NCBI GenBank assembly: GCA_964016885.1
Contig: OZ024742.1
Location: 363,072,001-363,136,000, forward strand
DNA: 64,000 bases
Origin: Eledone cirrhosa
Lineage: Eukaryota
Reading direction: 5' to 3'
The first letter of the stretch is position 1. Every line of letters begins with the position of its first letter. A program made the translations under genes and the position numbers. Shown here in pieces: positions 1 to 18,000 of the stretch. The notes below the pieces were generated by a model. It was not told the DNA's origin and searched no databases. It saw only the letters and a list, made by a program, of their open reading frames with translations.

Positions 1-3000
1 ACGTACCTACTAACTACACAGACCTACTAACTACACAGACCTAGTAACTACTCAGACCTACTAACTACACAGACCTACTAACTACACAGACCTACTAACT
101 ACACAGACCTACTAACTACGCAGACCTACTAACTACTCAGACCTACTAACTACACAGACCTACTAACTACACAGACCTACTAACTACTCAGACCTACTAA
201 CTACACAGATCTACTAACTACACAGAGCTGCTAACTACACGTACCTACTAACTACACAGACTTACTAACTACACAGACCTAGTAAATACTCAGACCTACT
301 AACTACACAGACCTACTAACTACACAGACCTACTAACTACTCAGACCTACTAACTACACAGACCTACTAACTACACAGATCTACTAACTACTCAGACCTA
401 CTAACTACACAGACCTGCTAACTACACAGAACTGCTAACTACGCAGACATACTAACTAGACAGACATGCTAACTACCCAGACCTGCTAACTAGACAGATC
501 TGCTAACTACACAGACCTGCTAACTACACAGATCTGCTAACTACACAGACCTACTAACTACACAGACCTACTAACTACACAGACCTACTAACTACACAGA
601 CCTACTAACTACAGAAAACCTACTAATTAGACAGACCTGCTAACTACACAGACCTAGTAACAACACAGACCTACTAAATACACAGATCTACTAACTACAC
701 AGACTTACTAACTACACAGACCTACTAACTACACAGACCTGCTAACTACATATACCTGCTAACTACACAGACCTACTAACTACACAGAGCTGCTAACTAC
801 ACATACCTGCTAACTACACGGACATGCTAACTACACAGACCTACTAACTACACAGAGCTGCTAACTACACAGACCTGCTAACTACACAGACCTGCTAACT
901 ACACAGACCTACTAACTACACAGACCTACTAACTACACAGAGCTGCTAACTACACATACCTGCTAACTACACAGACCTACTAACTACACAGAGCTGCTAA
1001 CTACACTTACTTGCTAACTACACAGACCTGCTAACTACACAGACATGCTAACTACACAGATCTACTAACTACACAGACCTACTAACTACACTGACCTACT
1101 AACTACGCAGACCTGCTAAGTAAACAGACCTACTAACTATACAGAGCTACTAACTACACAGATATACTTACTACACAGACCTACTAACTACACAGATCTA
1201 CTAACTACACAGACCTGCTAACTACACAGACCTGCTAACTACACAGATCTGCTATCTACACAGACCTACTAACTACACAGACCTAGTAACTACACAGACC
1301 TGCTAACTACACAGACCTACTAACTAGACAGACCTACTAACTACACAGACCTCCTAACTACACAGACCTGATAACTTCACATACCTACTAACTACACAGA
1401 CCTACTAACTACAAAGACCTGCTAACTACACAGACCTGCTAACTACACAGACCTACTAACTACACAGACCTAGTAACTACACAGTCCTACTAACTACACA
1501 GATCTACTAACTAAACAGACATACTAACTACACAGACCTGCTAACTACACAGACCTGCTAACAACCTGCTAACTACACAGACCTACTAACTACACAGAAC
1601 TACCAACTACACAGAGCTGCTAACTACACATACCTGCTAACTACACAGACCTACTGACTACACAGAGCTGCTAACTACACTTACTTGCTAACTACACAGA
1701 CCTGCTAACTACACAGACCTGCTAACTACACATACCTGCTAACTACACAGACCTACTAACTACACAGAGCTGCTAACTACACTTACATGCTAACTACACA
1801 GACCTGCTAACTACACAGACCTGCTAACTACACTTACTTGCTAACTACACAGACCTACTAACTACAGAGACCTACTAACTACACAGATCTATTAACTACA
1901 CAGACCTGCTAACTAAACAGACCTACTAACTATACAGACCTACTAACTACACAGATATACTTACTACACAGACCTACTAACTACACAGATCTACTAACTA
2001 CACAGACCTGCTAACTACACAGACCTGCTAACTACACAGATCTGCTATCTACACAGACCTACTAACTACACAGACATAGTAACTACACAGACCTGCTAAC
2101 TACACAGACCTACTAACTAGACAGACCTACTAACTACACAAACCTCCTAACTACACAGACCTGATAACTTCACATACCTACTAACTACACAGACCTGCTA
2201 ACTACACAGACCTGCTAACTACACAGACCTGCTAACTACACAGACCTGCTAACAACCTGCTAACTACACAGACCTACTAACTACACAGAACTACTAACTA
2301 CACAGACCTGCTAACTACACAGTCCTGCTAACTACACAGACCTACTAACTGCAGAGATCTGCTAACTACACAGACCTACTAACTACACAGACCTACTAAC
2401 TACACAGACCTACTAACTACTCAGACCTACTAACTACACAGACCTACTAACTACACAGACCTACTAACTACTCAGACCTACTAACTACACAGATCTACTA
2501 ACTACACAGAGCTGCTAACTACACATACCTACTAACTACACAGACCTACTAACTACACAGACCTAGTAACTACTCAGACCTACTAACTACACAGACCTAC
2601 TAACTACACAGACCTACTAACTACTCAGACCTACTAACTACACAGACCTACTAACTACACAGATCTACTAACTACTCAGACCTACTAACTACACAGACCT
2701 GCTAACTACACAGAACTGCTAACTAGACAGATCTGCTAACTACACAGACCTACTAACTACACAGACCTACTAACTACACAGACCTACTAACTACACAGAC
2801 CTACTAACTACAGAAAACCTACTAATTAGACAGACCTGCTAACTACACAGACCTAGTAACAACACAGACCTACTAAATACACAGATCTACTAACTACACA
2901 GACTTACTAACTACACAGACCTACTAACTACACAGACCTGCTAACTACACATACCTGCTAACTACACAGACCTACTAACTACACAGAGCTGCTAACTACA

Positions 3001-6000
3001 CATACCTGCTAACTACACAGACCTGCTAACTACACAGACCTACTAACTACACAGAGCTGCTAACTACACAGACCTGCTAACTACACAGACCTGCTAACTA
3101 CACAGACCTACTAACTACACAGACCTACTAACTACACAGAGCTGCTAACTACACATACCTGCTAACTACACAGACCTACTAACTACACAGAGCTGCTAAC
3201 TACACTTACTTGCTAACTACACAGACATGCTAACTACACAGACCTGCTAACTACACATACCTGCTAACTACACAGACCTACTAACTACACAGAGCTGCTA
3301 ACTACACTTACTTGCTAACTACACAGACCTGCTAACTACACAGACCTGCTAACTACACAGACCTACTAACTACACAGACCTACTAACTACACAGACCTGC
3401 TAACTACACAGATCTACTAACTAATCAGATATAGTAACTACACAGACCTACTAACTACACAGACCTGCTAACTACACAGACCTGATAACTTCACATACCT
3501 GCTAACTACACAGATCGGCTAACTACACAGACCTACTAACTACACAGACCTGCTAACTACACAGACCAGCTAACTACACAGATCTACGAACTACACAGAC
3601 CTACTAATTACACAGACTTACTAACTACACAGACCTACTAACTACACAGACCTACTAACTACACAGACTTACCAACTAGACAGACCTGCTAACTACACAG
3701 ACCTTCTAACTACACAGACGTGTTAACACTGACCTGCTAAGTACACAGACGCACTACCTACACAGACCTACTAACTATACAGACCTACTAACTACAGAGA
3801 CCTTCTAACTACACAGACGTGTTAACACTGACCTGGTAACTACACAGACCTGCTACCTACACAGTCCTGCTAACTACACAGACCTACTAACTACACAGAC
3901 CTGCTAACCACACAGACCTACTAACTATACAGACCTACTAACTACAGAGACCTGCTAGCTATACAGATCTACTAACTACACAGATCTACTAACTACACAG
4001 ACCCACTAACTACACATACCTACTAACTACACAGAGCTGCTAACTACACATACCTGCTAACTACACAGACCTACTAACTACACAGACCTACTAACTACAC
4101 AGATCTACTAACTACACAGACCTACTAACTACTCTGACCTACTAACAATACAGACCTGCTAACTACACAGACCTACTAACTACCCAGGCCTAGTAACTAC
4201 ACAGATCTACTAACTAAACAGACATACTAACTACACAGACCTGCTAACTACACAGACCTGTTAACTACACAGAACTACTAACTACACAGACCTGCTAACT
4301 ACACAGAGCTGATAACTACAGAACCTGCTAACTACACAGACCTACTAACTACACAGACCTACTAACTACACAGACCTATTAACTACACAGACCTGCTAAC
4401 TACACAGACCTGCTAACTACACAGATCTACTAAATACACAGACTTACTAATTACACAGACCTGCTAACTACACAGACCTACACACTACACAGACCTGCTA
4501 ACTACACAGACCTGTTAACTATAGAGACCTACTAACTACACAGGCCTAGTAACTACACAGACCTACTAACTACACAGATCTACTAACTAAACAGACATAC
4601 TAATTACAAAACCTGCTAACTACACAGTCCTGCTAACTACAGAGATCTACTAACTGCAGAGATCTGCCAACTACACAGATCTGCTCACTGCACAGATCTG
4701 CTAACTACACAGACCTACTAACTACACAGAACTACTAACTACACAGACCTGTTAACTACATAGACCTGCTAACTAGACAGACTTGTAAACTACACAGACC
4801 TGGTAACTACAGAACCTGCTAACTACACAGACCTACTAACTACACAGACCTACTAACTACACAGACCTCCTAACTACACAAACCTGCTAACTACACAGAC
4901 CGACAAACTACACAGACCTACTAACTACACAGATCAACTAACTACACAGAGCTACTAACTACTCAGATCTCCTAATTACACAGACCTGCTAACTACACAG
5001 ACCTACTAATTTCACAACCTACTAACTACACAGACCTACTAACTACACAGATCTACTAAATACACAGACTTACTAATTACACAGACCTGCTAACTACACA
5101 GACCTACACACTACACAGACCTGCTAACTACCTAGACCTGCTAACTACACAGACCTGCTAACTACACAGATCTACGAACTACACAGACCTACTAATTACA
5201 CAACCTACTAACTACACATACCTACTAAATACACAGATCTACTAACTAGACACACCTGCTAACTACACATACCTGATAACTACACAGACCTGCTAACTAC
5301 ACAGACCTACTAACTACACAGACCTACTAACTACACATACCTACTAACTACACAGACCTGCTATCTACACAGACCTACTAATTACACAACCTACTAACTA
5401 CACATACCTACTAACTACACAAATCTACTAACTAGACACACCTGCTAACTACACAGACCTGCTAACTACACAGACCTACTAATTTCACAATCTACTAACT
5501 ACACATACCTGATAACTACACAGACCTGCTAACTACACAGACGCACTAATTACACAGACATGCTAACTACACAGACCTACTAACTATACAGACCTACTAA
5601 CTACACAGACCTACTAACTACACAGAGCTGCTAACTACACAGACCTACTAACTCTACAGATCTACTAACTACACAGATCTACTAACTACACAGAGCTGCT
5701 AACTACACATACCTGCTAACTACACAGACCTGCTAACTAGACAGACTTGTAAACTACACAGACCTGGTAACTACAGAACCTGCTAACTACACAGACCTAC
5801 TCAGTACACAGACCTACTAACTACACATACCTGATAACTACACAGACCTGCTAACTACACAGATCTACTAACTACACAGACCTACTAACTACACAGACCT
5901 GTTAACTACACAGACCGAAAACTACACAGACCTACTAACTACACAGATCAACTAACTACACAGACCTACTAATTACACAACCTACTAGCTACACAGACCT

Positions 6001-9000
6001 ACTAAATACACAGACGTACTTACTACACAGACCTGCTAACTACACAGCCCTACTAACTACACAGATATACTTACTACACAGACCTACTAACTACACAGAT
6101 CTACTAACTAGACACACCTCCTAACTACACAGACCTGCTAACTACGCAGACCTACTAATTTCACAACCTACTAACTACACATACCTGATAACTACACAGA
6201 CCTACTAACTACACAGACCTACTAACTACACAGACCTGCTAACTACACAGACCTACTAACTATACAGATCTACAAACTACACAGATCTACTAACTACACA
6301 GACCTACTAACTACACAGATCTACTAACTAAACAGATATAGTAACTACACAGACATACTACCTACACAGACCTGCTAACTACACAGACCTGATAACTTCA
6401 CATACCTGCTAACTACACAGATCGGCTAACTACACAGACCTACTAACTACACAGATCTGCTAACTACACAGACCAGCTAACTACACGGATCTACGAACTA
6501 CACAGACCTACTAATTACACAGACTTACTAACTACACAGACCTACTAACTACACAGACTTACCAACTAGACAGACCTGCTAACTACACAGACCTTCTAAC
6601 TACACAGACGTGTTAACACTAACCTGGTAACTACACAGACCTGCTACCTACGCAGTCCTGCTAACTACACAGACCTTCTAACTACACAGACCTGCTAACC
6701 ACACAGACCTACTAACTATACAGACCTACTAACTACAGAGACCTGCTAGCTATACAGATCTACTAACTACACAGATCTACTAACTACACAGACCCGCTAA
6801 CTACACATACCTACTAACTACACAGAGCTGCTAACTACACATACCTGCTAACTACACAGACCTACTAACTACACAGACCTACTAACTACACAGATCTACT
6901 AACTACACAGACCTACTAACTACTCTGACCTACTAACAATACAGACCTGCTAACTACACAGACCTACTAACTACCCAGGCCTAGTAACTACACAGATCTA
7001 CTAACTAAACAGACATACTAACTACACAGAACTGCTAACTACACAGACCTGTTAACTATAGAGACCTACTAACTACACAGGCCTAGTAACTACACAGACC
7101 TACTAACTACACAGATCTACTAACTAAACAGACATACTAACTACAAAGACCTGCTAACTACACAGTCCTGCTACCTACACAGTCCTGCTAACTACAGAGA
7201 CCTACTAACTGCAGAGATCTGCCAACTACACAGATCTGCTAACTGCACAGATCTGCTAACTACACATAACTACTAACTACACAGACCTGCTAACTACACA
7301 GAGCTGGTAACTACAGAACCTGCTAACTACACAGACCTACTAACTACACAGACCTACTAACTATACAGACCTACTAACTACAGAGACCTTCTAACTACAC
7401 AGACGTGTTAACACTGACCTGGTAACTACACAGAACTACTAACTACACAGACCTGCTAACTACACAGAGCTGGTAACTACAGAACCTGCTAACTACACAG
7501 ACCTACTAACTACACAGACCTACTAACTACACAGATCTACTAACTACACAGATCTACTAACTAAACAGACATACTAACTACACAGACCTGCTAACTACAC
7601 AGACCTATTAACTACACAGACCTGCTAACTACACAGACCTGCTAACTACACAGATCTACTAAATACACAGACTTACTAATTACACAGACCTGCTACCTAC
7701 ACAGACCTACACACTACACAGACCTGCTAACTACACAGACCTGTTAACTATAGAGACCTACTAACTACACAGGCCTAGTAACTACACAGACCTACTAACT
7801 ACACAGATCTACTAACTAAACAGACATACTAACTACAAAAACCTGCTAACTACACAGTCCTGCTAACTACAGAGACCTACTAACTGCAGAGATCTGCCAA
7901 CTACACAGATCTGCTAACTGCACAGATCTGCTAACTACACAGACCTACTAACTACACAGAACTACTAACTACACAGAGCTGCTAACTACATAGACCTGCT
8001 AACTAGACAGACTTGTAAACTACACAGACCTGGTAACTACAGAACCTGCTAACTACACAGACCTACTAACTACACAGACCTACTAACTACACAGACCTCC
8101 TAACTACACAAACCTGCTAACTACACAGACCGACAAACTACACAGACCGACAAACTACACAGACCTACTAACTACACAAATCAACTAACTACACAGAGCT
8201 ACTAACTACTCAGATCTCCTAATTACACAGACCTGCTAACTACACAGACCTACTAATTACACAACCTACTAACTACACAGACCTACTAACTACACAGATC
8301 TACTAAATACACAGACTTACTAATTACACAGACCTGCTAACTACACAGACCTACACACTACACAGACCTGCTAACTACACAGACCTGCTAACTACACAGA
8401 CCTGCTAACTACACAGATCTACGAACTACACAGACCTACTAATTACACAACCTACTTACTACACAGACCTACTAACTACACAGATCTACTAACTAGACAC
8501 ACCTGCTAACTACACATACCTGATAACTACACAGACCTACTAACTATACAGATCTACTAACTACACAGATCTACTAACTACACAGACCTGCTAACTACAC
8601 ATACCTACTAACTACACAGAGCTGCTAACTACACATACCTGCTAACTACACAGACCTACCTAACTAGACAGACTTGTAAACTACACAGACATGGTAACTA
8701 CAGAACCTGCTAACTACACAGACCTACTAAGTACACAGACCTACTAACTACACAGACCTGCTAACTACACAGACCTGCTAACTACATAGACCTACTAACT
8801 ACACAGATCAACTAACTACACAGACCTACTAACCGCTCAGATCTCCTAACTACACAGACCTGCTATCTACACAGACCTACTAATTACACAACCTACTAAC
8901 TACACAGACCTACTAACTACACAAATCTACTAAATACACAGACGTACTTATTACACAGACCTGCTAACTACACAGCCCTACTAACTACACAGATATACTA

Positions 9001-12000
9001 AGTAGACACAACTGCTAACTACACAGACCTGCTAACTACGCAGACCTACTAATTTCACAACCTACTAACTACACATACCTGAGAACTACACAGACCTGCT
9101 AACTACACAGACCTAATAACTACACAGACCTACTAACTACACAGACCTGCTAACTACACAGACCTACTAACTATACAGATCTACTAACTACACAGATCTA
9201 CTAACTACACAGACCTGCTAACTACACATACCTACTAACTACACAGAAATGCTAACTACACGTACCTGCTAACTACACAGACCTAGTAATTACACAGACC
9301 TAGTAATTACACAGACCTGCTAACTACACAAACATGCTAACTATACAGACCTGCTAACTACACAGACCTACTAACTTGACAGACCTACTAACTACACAGA
9401 CCTGCTAACTACACAGATCGGCTAACTACACAGACCTACTAACTACACAGACCAGCTAACTACACAGATCTACGAACTACACAGACCTACTAATTACACA
9501 GACTTACTAACTACACAGACCTACTAACTACACAGATCTACTAACTACACAGACTTACCAACTAGACAGACCTGCTAACTACACAGACGCACTAATTACA
9601 CAGACATGCTAACTACACAGATCTGCTAACTACACAGATCTACGAACTACACAGACCTACTAACTACACAGACCTACTAATTACACAGACCTGCTAACTA
9701 CACAGAGCTGCTAACTACACAGACCTGCTAACTACACAGAGCGACAAACTACACATACCTACTAACTACACAGAGCTGCTAACTACACAGACCTGATAAC
9801 TACACATACCTACTAACTACACAGAGCTGCTAACTACACATACCTGGTAACTACACAGAACTGCTAACTAGCCAGACTTGTAAACTACACAGACCTGATA
9901 ACTACAGATCCTGCTAACTACACAGACCTACTAACTACACAGACCTACTAACTTCACATACCTGCTAACTACACAGACCTGCTAACTACACAGACCTGCT
10001 AATTACACAGACAGAAAACTACACAGACCTACTAACTACACAGATGTACTAAATACAAAGACGTACTTATTACACAGACCTACTAACTACACAGCCCTAC
10101 TAACTACACAGATATACTTACTACACAGACCTACTAACTACACAGATCTACTAACTAGACACACCTGCTAACTACACAGACCTGCTAACTACACAGACAT
10201 ACTAACTAGACAGACCTACTAACTACACAGATCTACTAACTACACAGACCTGCTAACTACACATACCTACTAACTACACAGACATGCTAACTACACAGAC
10301 CTGCTAACTACACAGAACTACAAACTACACAGACCTGCTAACTACACAGATCTACTAACTACACAGACCTGCTAACTACACAGATCTACGAACTACAAAG
10401 ACCTACTAACTACACAGATCTACTAACTACACAGACCTGCTAACTACACAGATCTACTAACTACACAGACCTGCTAACTACACAGATCTACTAACTACAC
10501 AGACCTGCTAAATACACAGATCTACAAACTACACAGACCTACTAACTACACAGATCTACTAACTACACAGACCTACTTACTACACAGATCTACTAACTAC
10601 ACAGACCTGCTAACTACACAGATCTATTAACTACACAGACCGACAAACTACACAGACCAATAACTACACAGATCAACTAACTACTCAGACCTACTAACTA
10701 CACAGACCTGCTAACTACACAGACCTACTAACTACACAGACCTCCTAACTACACAGACCTGCTAACTACACAGACCTGCTAACTACATAGACCTACTAAC
10801 TACACAGATCAACTAACTACACAGACCTACTAACTGCTCAGATCTCCTAACTACACAGTCCTGCTATCTACACAGACCTACTAATTACACAACCTACTAA
10901 CTACACAGACCTACTAACTACACAAATCTACTAAATACACAGACGTACTTATTACACAGACCTGCTAACTACTCAGCCCTACTAACTACACAGATATACT
11001 TACTACACAGACCTACTAACTACACAGATCTACTAAATAGACACACCTGCTAACTACACAGACCTGCTAACTATGCAGACCTACTAATTTCACAACCTAC
11101 TAACTACACATACCTGATAACTACACAGACCTGCTAACTACACAGACCTACTAACTACACAGACCTACTAACTACACAGACCTGCTAACTACACAGACCT
11201 ACTAACTATACAGATCTACTAACTACACAGATCTACTAACTACACAGACCTGCTAACTACACATACCTACTAACTACACAGACATGCTAACTACACGTAC
11301 CTGCTAACTACACAGACCTAGTAATTACACAGACCTAGTAATTACACAGACCTGCTAACTACACAAACATGCTAACTATACAGACCTGCTAACTACACAG
11401 ACCTACTAACTTGACAGACCTACTAACTACACAGACCTGCTAACTACACAGATCGGCTAACTACACAGACCTACTAACTACACAGACCAGCTAACTACAC
11501 AGATCTACGAACTACACAGACCTACTAATTACACAGACTTACTAACTACACAAATCTACTAACTACACAGATCTACTAACTACACAGACTTACCAACTAG
11601 ACAGACCTGCTAACTACACAGACGCACTAATTACACAGACATGCTAACTACACAGATCTGCTAACTACACAGATCTACGAACTACACAGACCTACTAACT
11701 ACACAGACCTACTAATTACACAGACATGCTAACTACACAGAGCTGCTAACTACACAGACCTGCTAACTACACAGAGCGACAAACTACACAGACCTTCCTA
11801 ACTACACAGACCTACTAACTACACACACCTACTAATTACACAGACCTGCTAACTACACAGACATACTAACTATACAGACCTACTAACTACAGAGACCTGC
11901 TAACTACACATACCTACTAACTACACAGAGCTGCTAACTACACAGACCTGATAACTACACATACCTACTAACTACACAGAGCTGCTAACTACACATACCT

Positions 12001-15000
12001 GCTAACTACGCAGAACTGCTAACTAGCCAGACTTGTAAACTACACAGACCTGATAACTACAGAACCTGCTAACTACACAGACCTACTAACTACACAGACC
12101 TACTAACTACACATACCTGCTAACTACACAGACCTGCTAACTACACAGACCTGCTAACTACACAGACCGAAAACTACACAGACCTACTAACTACACAGAT
12201 CTACTAAATACAAAGACGTACTTATTACACAGACCTACTAACTACACAGCCCTACTAACTACACAGATATACTTACTACACAGACCTACTAACTACACAG
12301 ATCTACTAACTAGACACACCTGCTAACTACACAGACCTGCTAACTACACAGACATACTAACTAGACAGACCTACTAACTACACAGATCTACTAACTACAC
12401 AGACCTGCTAACTACACATACCTACTAACTACACAGACATGCTAACTACACAGACCTGCTAACTACACAGAACTACAAACTACACAGACCTGCTAACTAC
12501 ACAGATCTACTAACTACACAGACCTGCTAACTACACAGATCTACTAACTACACAGACCTGCTAAATACACAGATCTACAATCTACACAGACCTACTAACT
12601 ACACAGATCTACTAACTACACAGACCTACTTACTACACAGATCTACTAACTACACAGACCTGCTAACTACACAGATCTATTAACTACACAGACCGACAAA
12701 CTACACAGAACAATAACTACACAGATCAACTAACTACTCAGACCTACTAACTACACAGACCTGCTAACTACACAGACCTACTAACTACACAGACCTCCTA
12801 ACTACACAGACCTCCTAACTACACAGACCTGCTAACTACATAGACCTACTAACTACACAGATCATCTAACTACACAGACCTACTTACTGCTCAGATCTCC
12901 TAACTACACAGACCTGCTATCTACACAGACCTACTAATTACACAACCTACTAACTACACAGACCTACTAACTACACAAATCTACTAAATACACAGACGTA
13001 CTTATTACACAGACCTGCTAACTACACAGCCCTACTAACTACACAGATATACTTACTACACAGACCTACTAACTACACAGATCTACTAACTAGACACACC
13101 TGCTAACTACACAGACCTGCTAACTACGCAGACCTACTAATTTCACAACCTACTAACTACACATACCTGATAACTACACAGACCTGCTAACTACACAGAC
13201 CTACTAACTACACAGACCTACTAACTACACAGACCTGCTAACTACACAGACCTACTAACTATACAGATCTACTAACTACACAGATCTACTAACTACACAG
13301 ACCTGCTAACTACACATACCTACTAACTATACAGACATGCTAACTACACGTACCTGCTAACTACACAGACCTAGTAATTACACAGACCTAGTAATTACAC
13401 AGACCTGCTAACTACACAAACATGCTAACTATACAGACCTGCTAACTACACAGACCTACTAACTTGACAGACCTACTAACTACACAGACCTGCTAACTAC
13501 ACAGATCGGCTAACTACACAGACCTACTAACTACACAGACCAGCTAACTACATAGATCTACGAACTACACGGAACTACTAATTACACAGACTTACTAACT
13601 ACACAGGCCTACTAACTACACAGATCTACTAACTACACAGACTTACCAACTAGACAGACCTGCTAACTACACAGACGCACTAATTACACAGACATGCTAA
13701 CTACACAGATCTGCTAACTACACAGATCTACGAACTACACAGACCTACTAATTACACAGACCTGCTAACTACACAGAGCTGCTAACTACACAGACCTGCT
13801 AACTACACAGAGCGACAAACTACACAGACCTACTAACTACACAGACCTACTAACTACACACACCTACCAATTACACAGACCTGCTAACTACACAGACATA
13901 CTAACTATACAGACCTACTAACTACAGAGACCTGCTAACTACACATACCTACTAACTACACAGAGCTGCTAACTACACAGACCTGATAACTACACATACC
14001 TACTAACTACACACAGCTGCTAACTACACATACCTGCTAACTACACAGAACTGCTAACTAGCCAGACTTGTAAACTACACAGACCTGGTAACTACAGAAC
14101 CTGCTAACTACACAGACCTACTAACTACACAGAGCTACTAACTACACATACCTGCTAACTACACAGACCTGCTAACTACACAGACCTGCTAACTACACAG
14201 ACCGAAAACTACACAAACCTACTAACTACACAGATCTACTAAATACAAAGACGTACTTATTACACAGACCTACTAACTACACAGCCCTACTAACTACACA
14301 GATATACTTACTACACAGACCTACTAACTACACAGATCTACTAACTAGACACACCTGCTAACTACACAGACCTGCTAACTACACAGACATACTAACTAGA
14401 CAGACCTACTAACCACAGAGATCTACTAACTACACAGACCTGCTAACTACACATACCTACTAACTACACAGACATGCTAACTACACAGACCTGCTATCTA
14501 CACAGAACTACAAACTACACAGACCTGCTAACTACACAGATCTACTAACTACACAGACCTGCTAACTACACAGATCTACGAACTACAAAGACCTACTAAC
14601 TACACAGATCTACAAACTACACAGACCTGCTAACTACACAGATCTACTAACTACACAGACCTGCTAACTACACAGATCTACTAACTACACAGACCTGCTA
14701 AATACACAGATCTACAAACTACACAGACCTACTAACTACACGGATCTACTAACTACACAGACCTACTTACTACACAGATCTACTAACTACACAGACCTGC
14801 TAACTACACAGATCTATTAACTACACAGACCGACAAACTACACAGACCAATAACTACACAGATCAACTAACTACTCAGACCTACTAACTACACAGACCTG
14901 CTAACTACACAGACCTACTAACTACAAAGACCTCCTAACTACACAGACCTGATAACTTCACATACCTGCTAACTACACAGACCTACTAACTACACAGATC

Positions 15001-18000
15001 AACTAACTACACAGACCTGCTAACTACACAGACCTACTAATTACACAACCTACTAACTACACAGACCTACTAAGTACACAGATCTACTAAATACACAGAC
15101 TTACTAATTACACAGACATACTAACTACACAACCCTACTAACTACACAGATCTACTAACTGGAAAAAAGCCTGCTAACTACACAGACCTGCTAACTACAC
15201 AGACCTGTTAATTACACATACCTGATAACTACACAGTCCTGCTAACTACACAGTCCTACTAACTACACAGACCTACTAACCTCACAGACCTGCTAACTAC
15301 ACAGATCTACTAACTAGACAGACCTACTTACTACACAGATCTGGTAACTACACAAACCTGCTAACTACACAGACCTACTAACTACACAGACCTAGTAACT
15401 ACACAGACCTACTAACTACACAGATCTACTAACTAAACAGACATAGTAACTACACAGACCTGCTAACTACACAGACCTGCTAACTACACAGACCTGCTAA
15501 CTACACAGACCTGCTAACTACACAGACCTACTAACTTGACAGACCTACTAACTACACAGACCTGCTCACTACACAGACCTGATAACTTCACATACCTGCT
15601 AACTACACAGATCGGCTAACTACACAGACCTGCTAACTACACAGACCTGCTAACTACACAGATCTACGAACTACACAGACCTACTAATTACACAGACTTA
15701 CTAACTACACAGACCTACTAACTACACAGATCTACTAACTACACAGACTTACCAACTAGACAGACCTGCTAACTACACAGACCTTCTAACTACACAGACA
15801 TGTTAACACTGACCTGCTAAGTACACAGACCTACTAACTATACAGACCTACTAACTGCAGAGACCTGCTAGCTATACAGATCTGCTAACTACACAGACTT
15901 GCTAACTACACATACCTACTAACTACACAGAGCTGCTAACTACACATACCTGCTAACTACACAGATCGGCAAACTACACAGACCTACTAACTACACAGAT
16001 GTACTAACTGGAAAAAAACCTGCTAACTACACAGACCTGCTAACTACACAGACCTGCTAACTACAAAGACCTACTAACTATACAGACCTACTAACTACAC
16101 AGATCTACTAACTACACAGACCTGCTAACTACACATACCTACTAACTACACAGACATGCTAACTACACAGACCTGCTAACTACACAGAACTACAAACTAC
16201 ACAGACCTGCTAACTACACAGAACTACAAACTACACAGACCTACTAACTACACAGACCTGCTAACTACACAGATCGGCTAACTACACAGACCTACTAACT
16301 ACACAGACCAGCTAACTACACAGATCTACGAACTACACAGACCTACTAATTACACAGACTTACTAACTACACAAATCTACTAACTACACAGATCTACTAA
16401 CTACACAGACTTACCAACTAGACAGACCTGCTAACTACACAGACGCACTAATTACACAGACATGCTAACTACACAGATCTGCTAACCACACAGATCTACG
16501 AACTACACAGACCTACTAACTACACAGACCTACTAATTACACAGACCTGCTAACTACACAGAGTTGCTAACTACACAGACCTGCTAACTACAAAGAGCGA
16601 CAAACTACACAGACCTACTAACTACACAGACCTACTAACTACACACACCTACTAATTACACAGACCTGCTAACTACACAGACATACTAACTATACAGACC
16701 TACTAACTACAGAGACCTGCTAACTACACATACCTACTAACTACACAGAGCTGCTAACTACACAGACCTGATAACTACACATACCTACTAACTACACAGA
16801 GCTGCTAACTACACATACCTGCTAACTACGCAGAACTGCTAACTAGCCAGACTTGTAAACTACACAGACCTGATAACTACAGAACCTGCTAACTACACAG
16901 ACCTACTAACTACACAGACCTACTAACTACACATACCTGCTAACTACACAGACCTGCTAACTACACAGACCTGCTAACTACACAGACCGAAAACTACACA
17001 GACCTACTAACTACATAGATCTACTAAATACAAAGACGTACTTATTACACAGACCTACTAACTACACAGCCCTACTAACTACACAGATATACTTACTACA
17101 CAGACCTACTAACTACACAGATCTACTAACTAGACACACCTGCTAACTACACAGACCTGCTAACTACACAGACATACTAACTAGACAGACCTACTAACTA
17201 CACAGATCTACTAACTACACAGACCTGCTAACTACACATACCTACTAACTACACAGACATGCTAACTACACAGACCTGCTAACTACACAGAACTACAAAC
17301 TACACAGACCTGCTAACTACACAGATCTACTAACTACACAGACCTGCTAACTACACAGATCTACGAACTACAAAGACCTACTAACTACACAGATCTACTA
17401 ACTACACAGACCTGCTAACTACACAGATCTACTAACTACACAGACCTGCTAACTACACAGATCTACTAACTACACAGACCTGCTAAATACACAGATCTAC
17501 AAACTACACAGACCTACTAACTACACAGAGCTACTAACTACACAGACCTACTTACTACACAGATCTACTAACTACACAGACCTGCTAACTACACAGATCT
17601 ATTAACTACACAGACCGACAAACTACACAGAACAATAACTACACAGATCAACTAACTACTCAGACCTACTAACTACACAGACCTGCTAACTACACAGACC
17701 TACTAACTACACAGACCTCCTAACTACACAGACCTGCTAACTACATAGACCTACTAACTACACAGATCATCTAACTACACAGACCTACTTACTGCTCAGA
17801 TCTCCTAACTACACAGACCTGCTATCTACACAGACCTACTAATTACACAACCTACTAACTACACAGACCTACTAACTACACAAATCTACTAAATACACAG
17901 ACGTACTTATTACACAGACCTGCTAACTACACAGCCCTGCTAACTACACAGATATACTTACTACACAGACCTACTAACTACACAGATCTACTAACTAGAC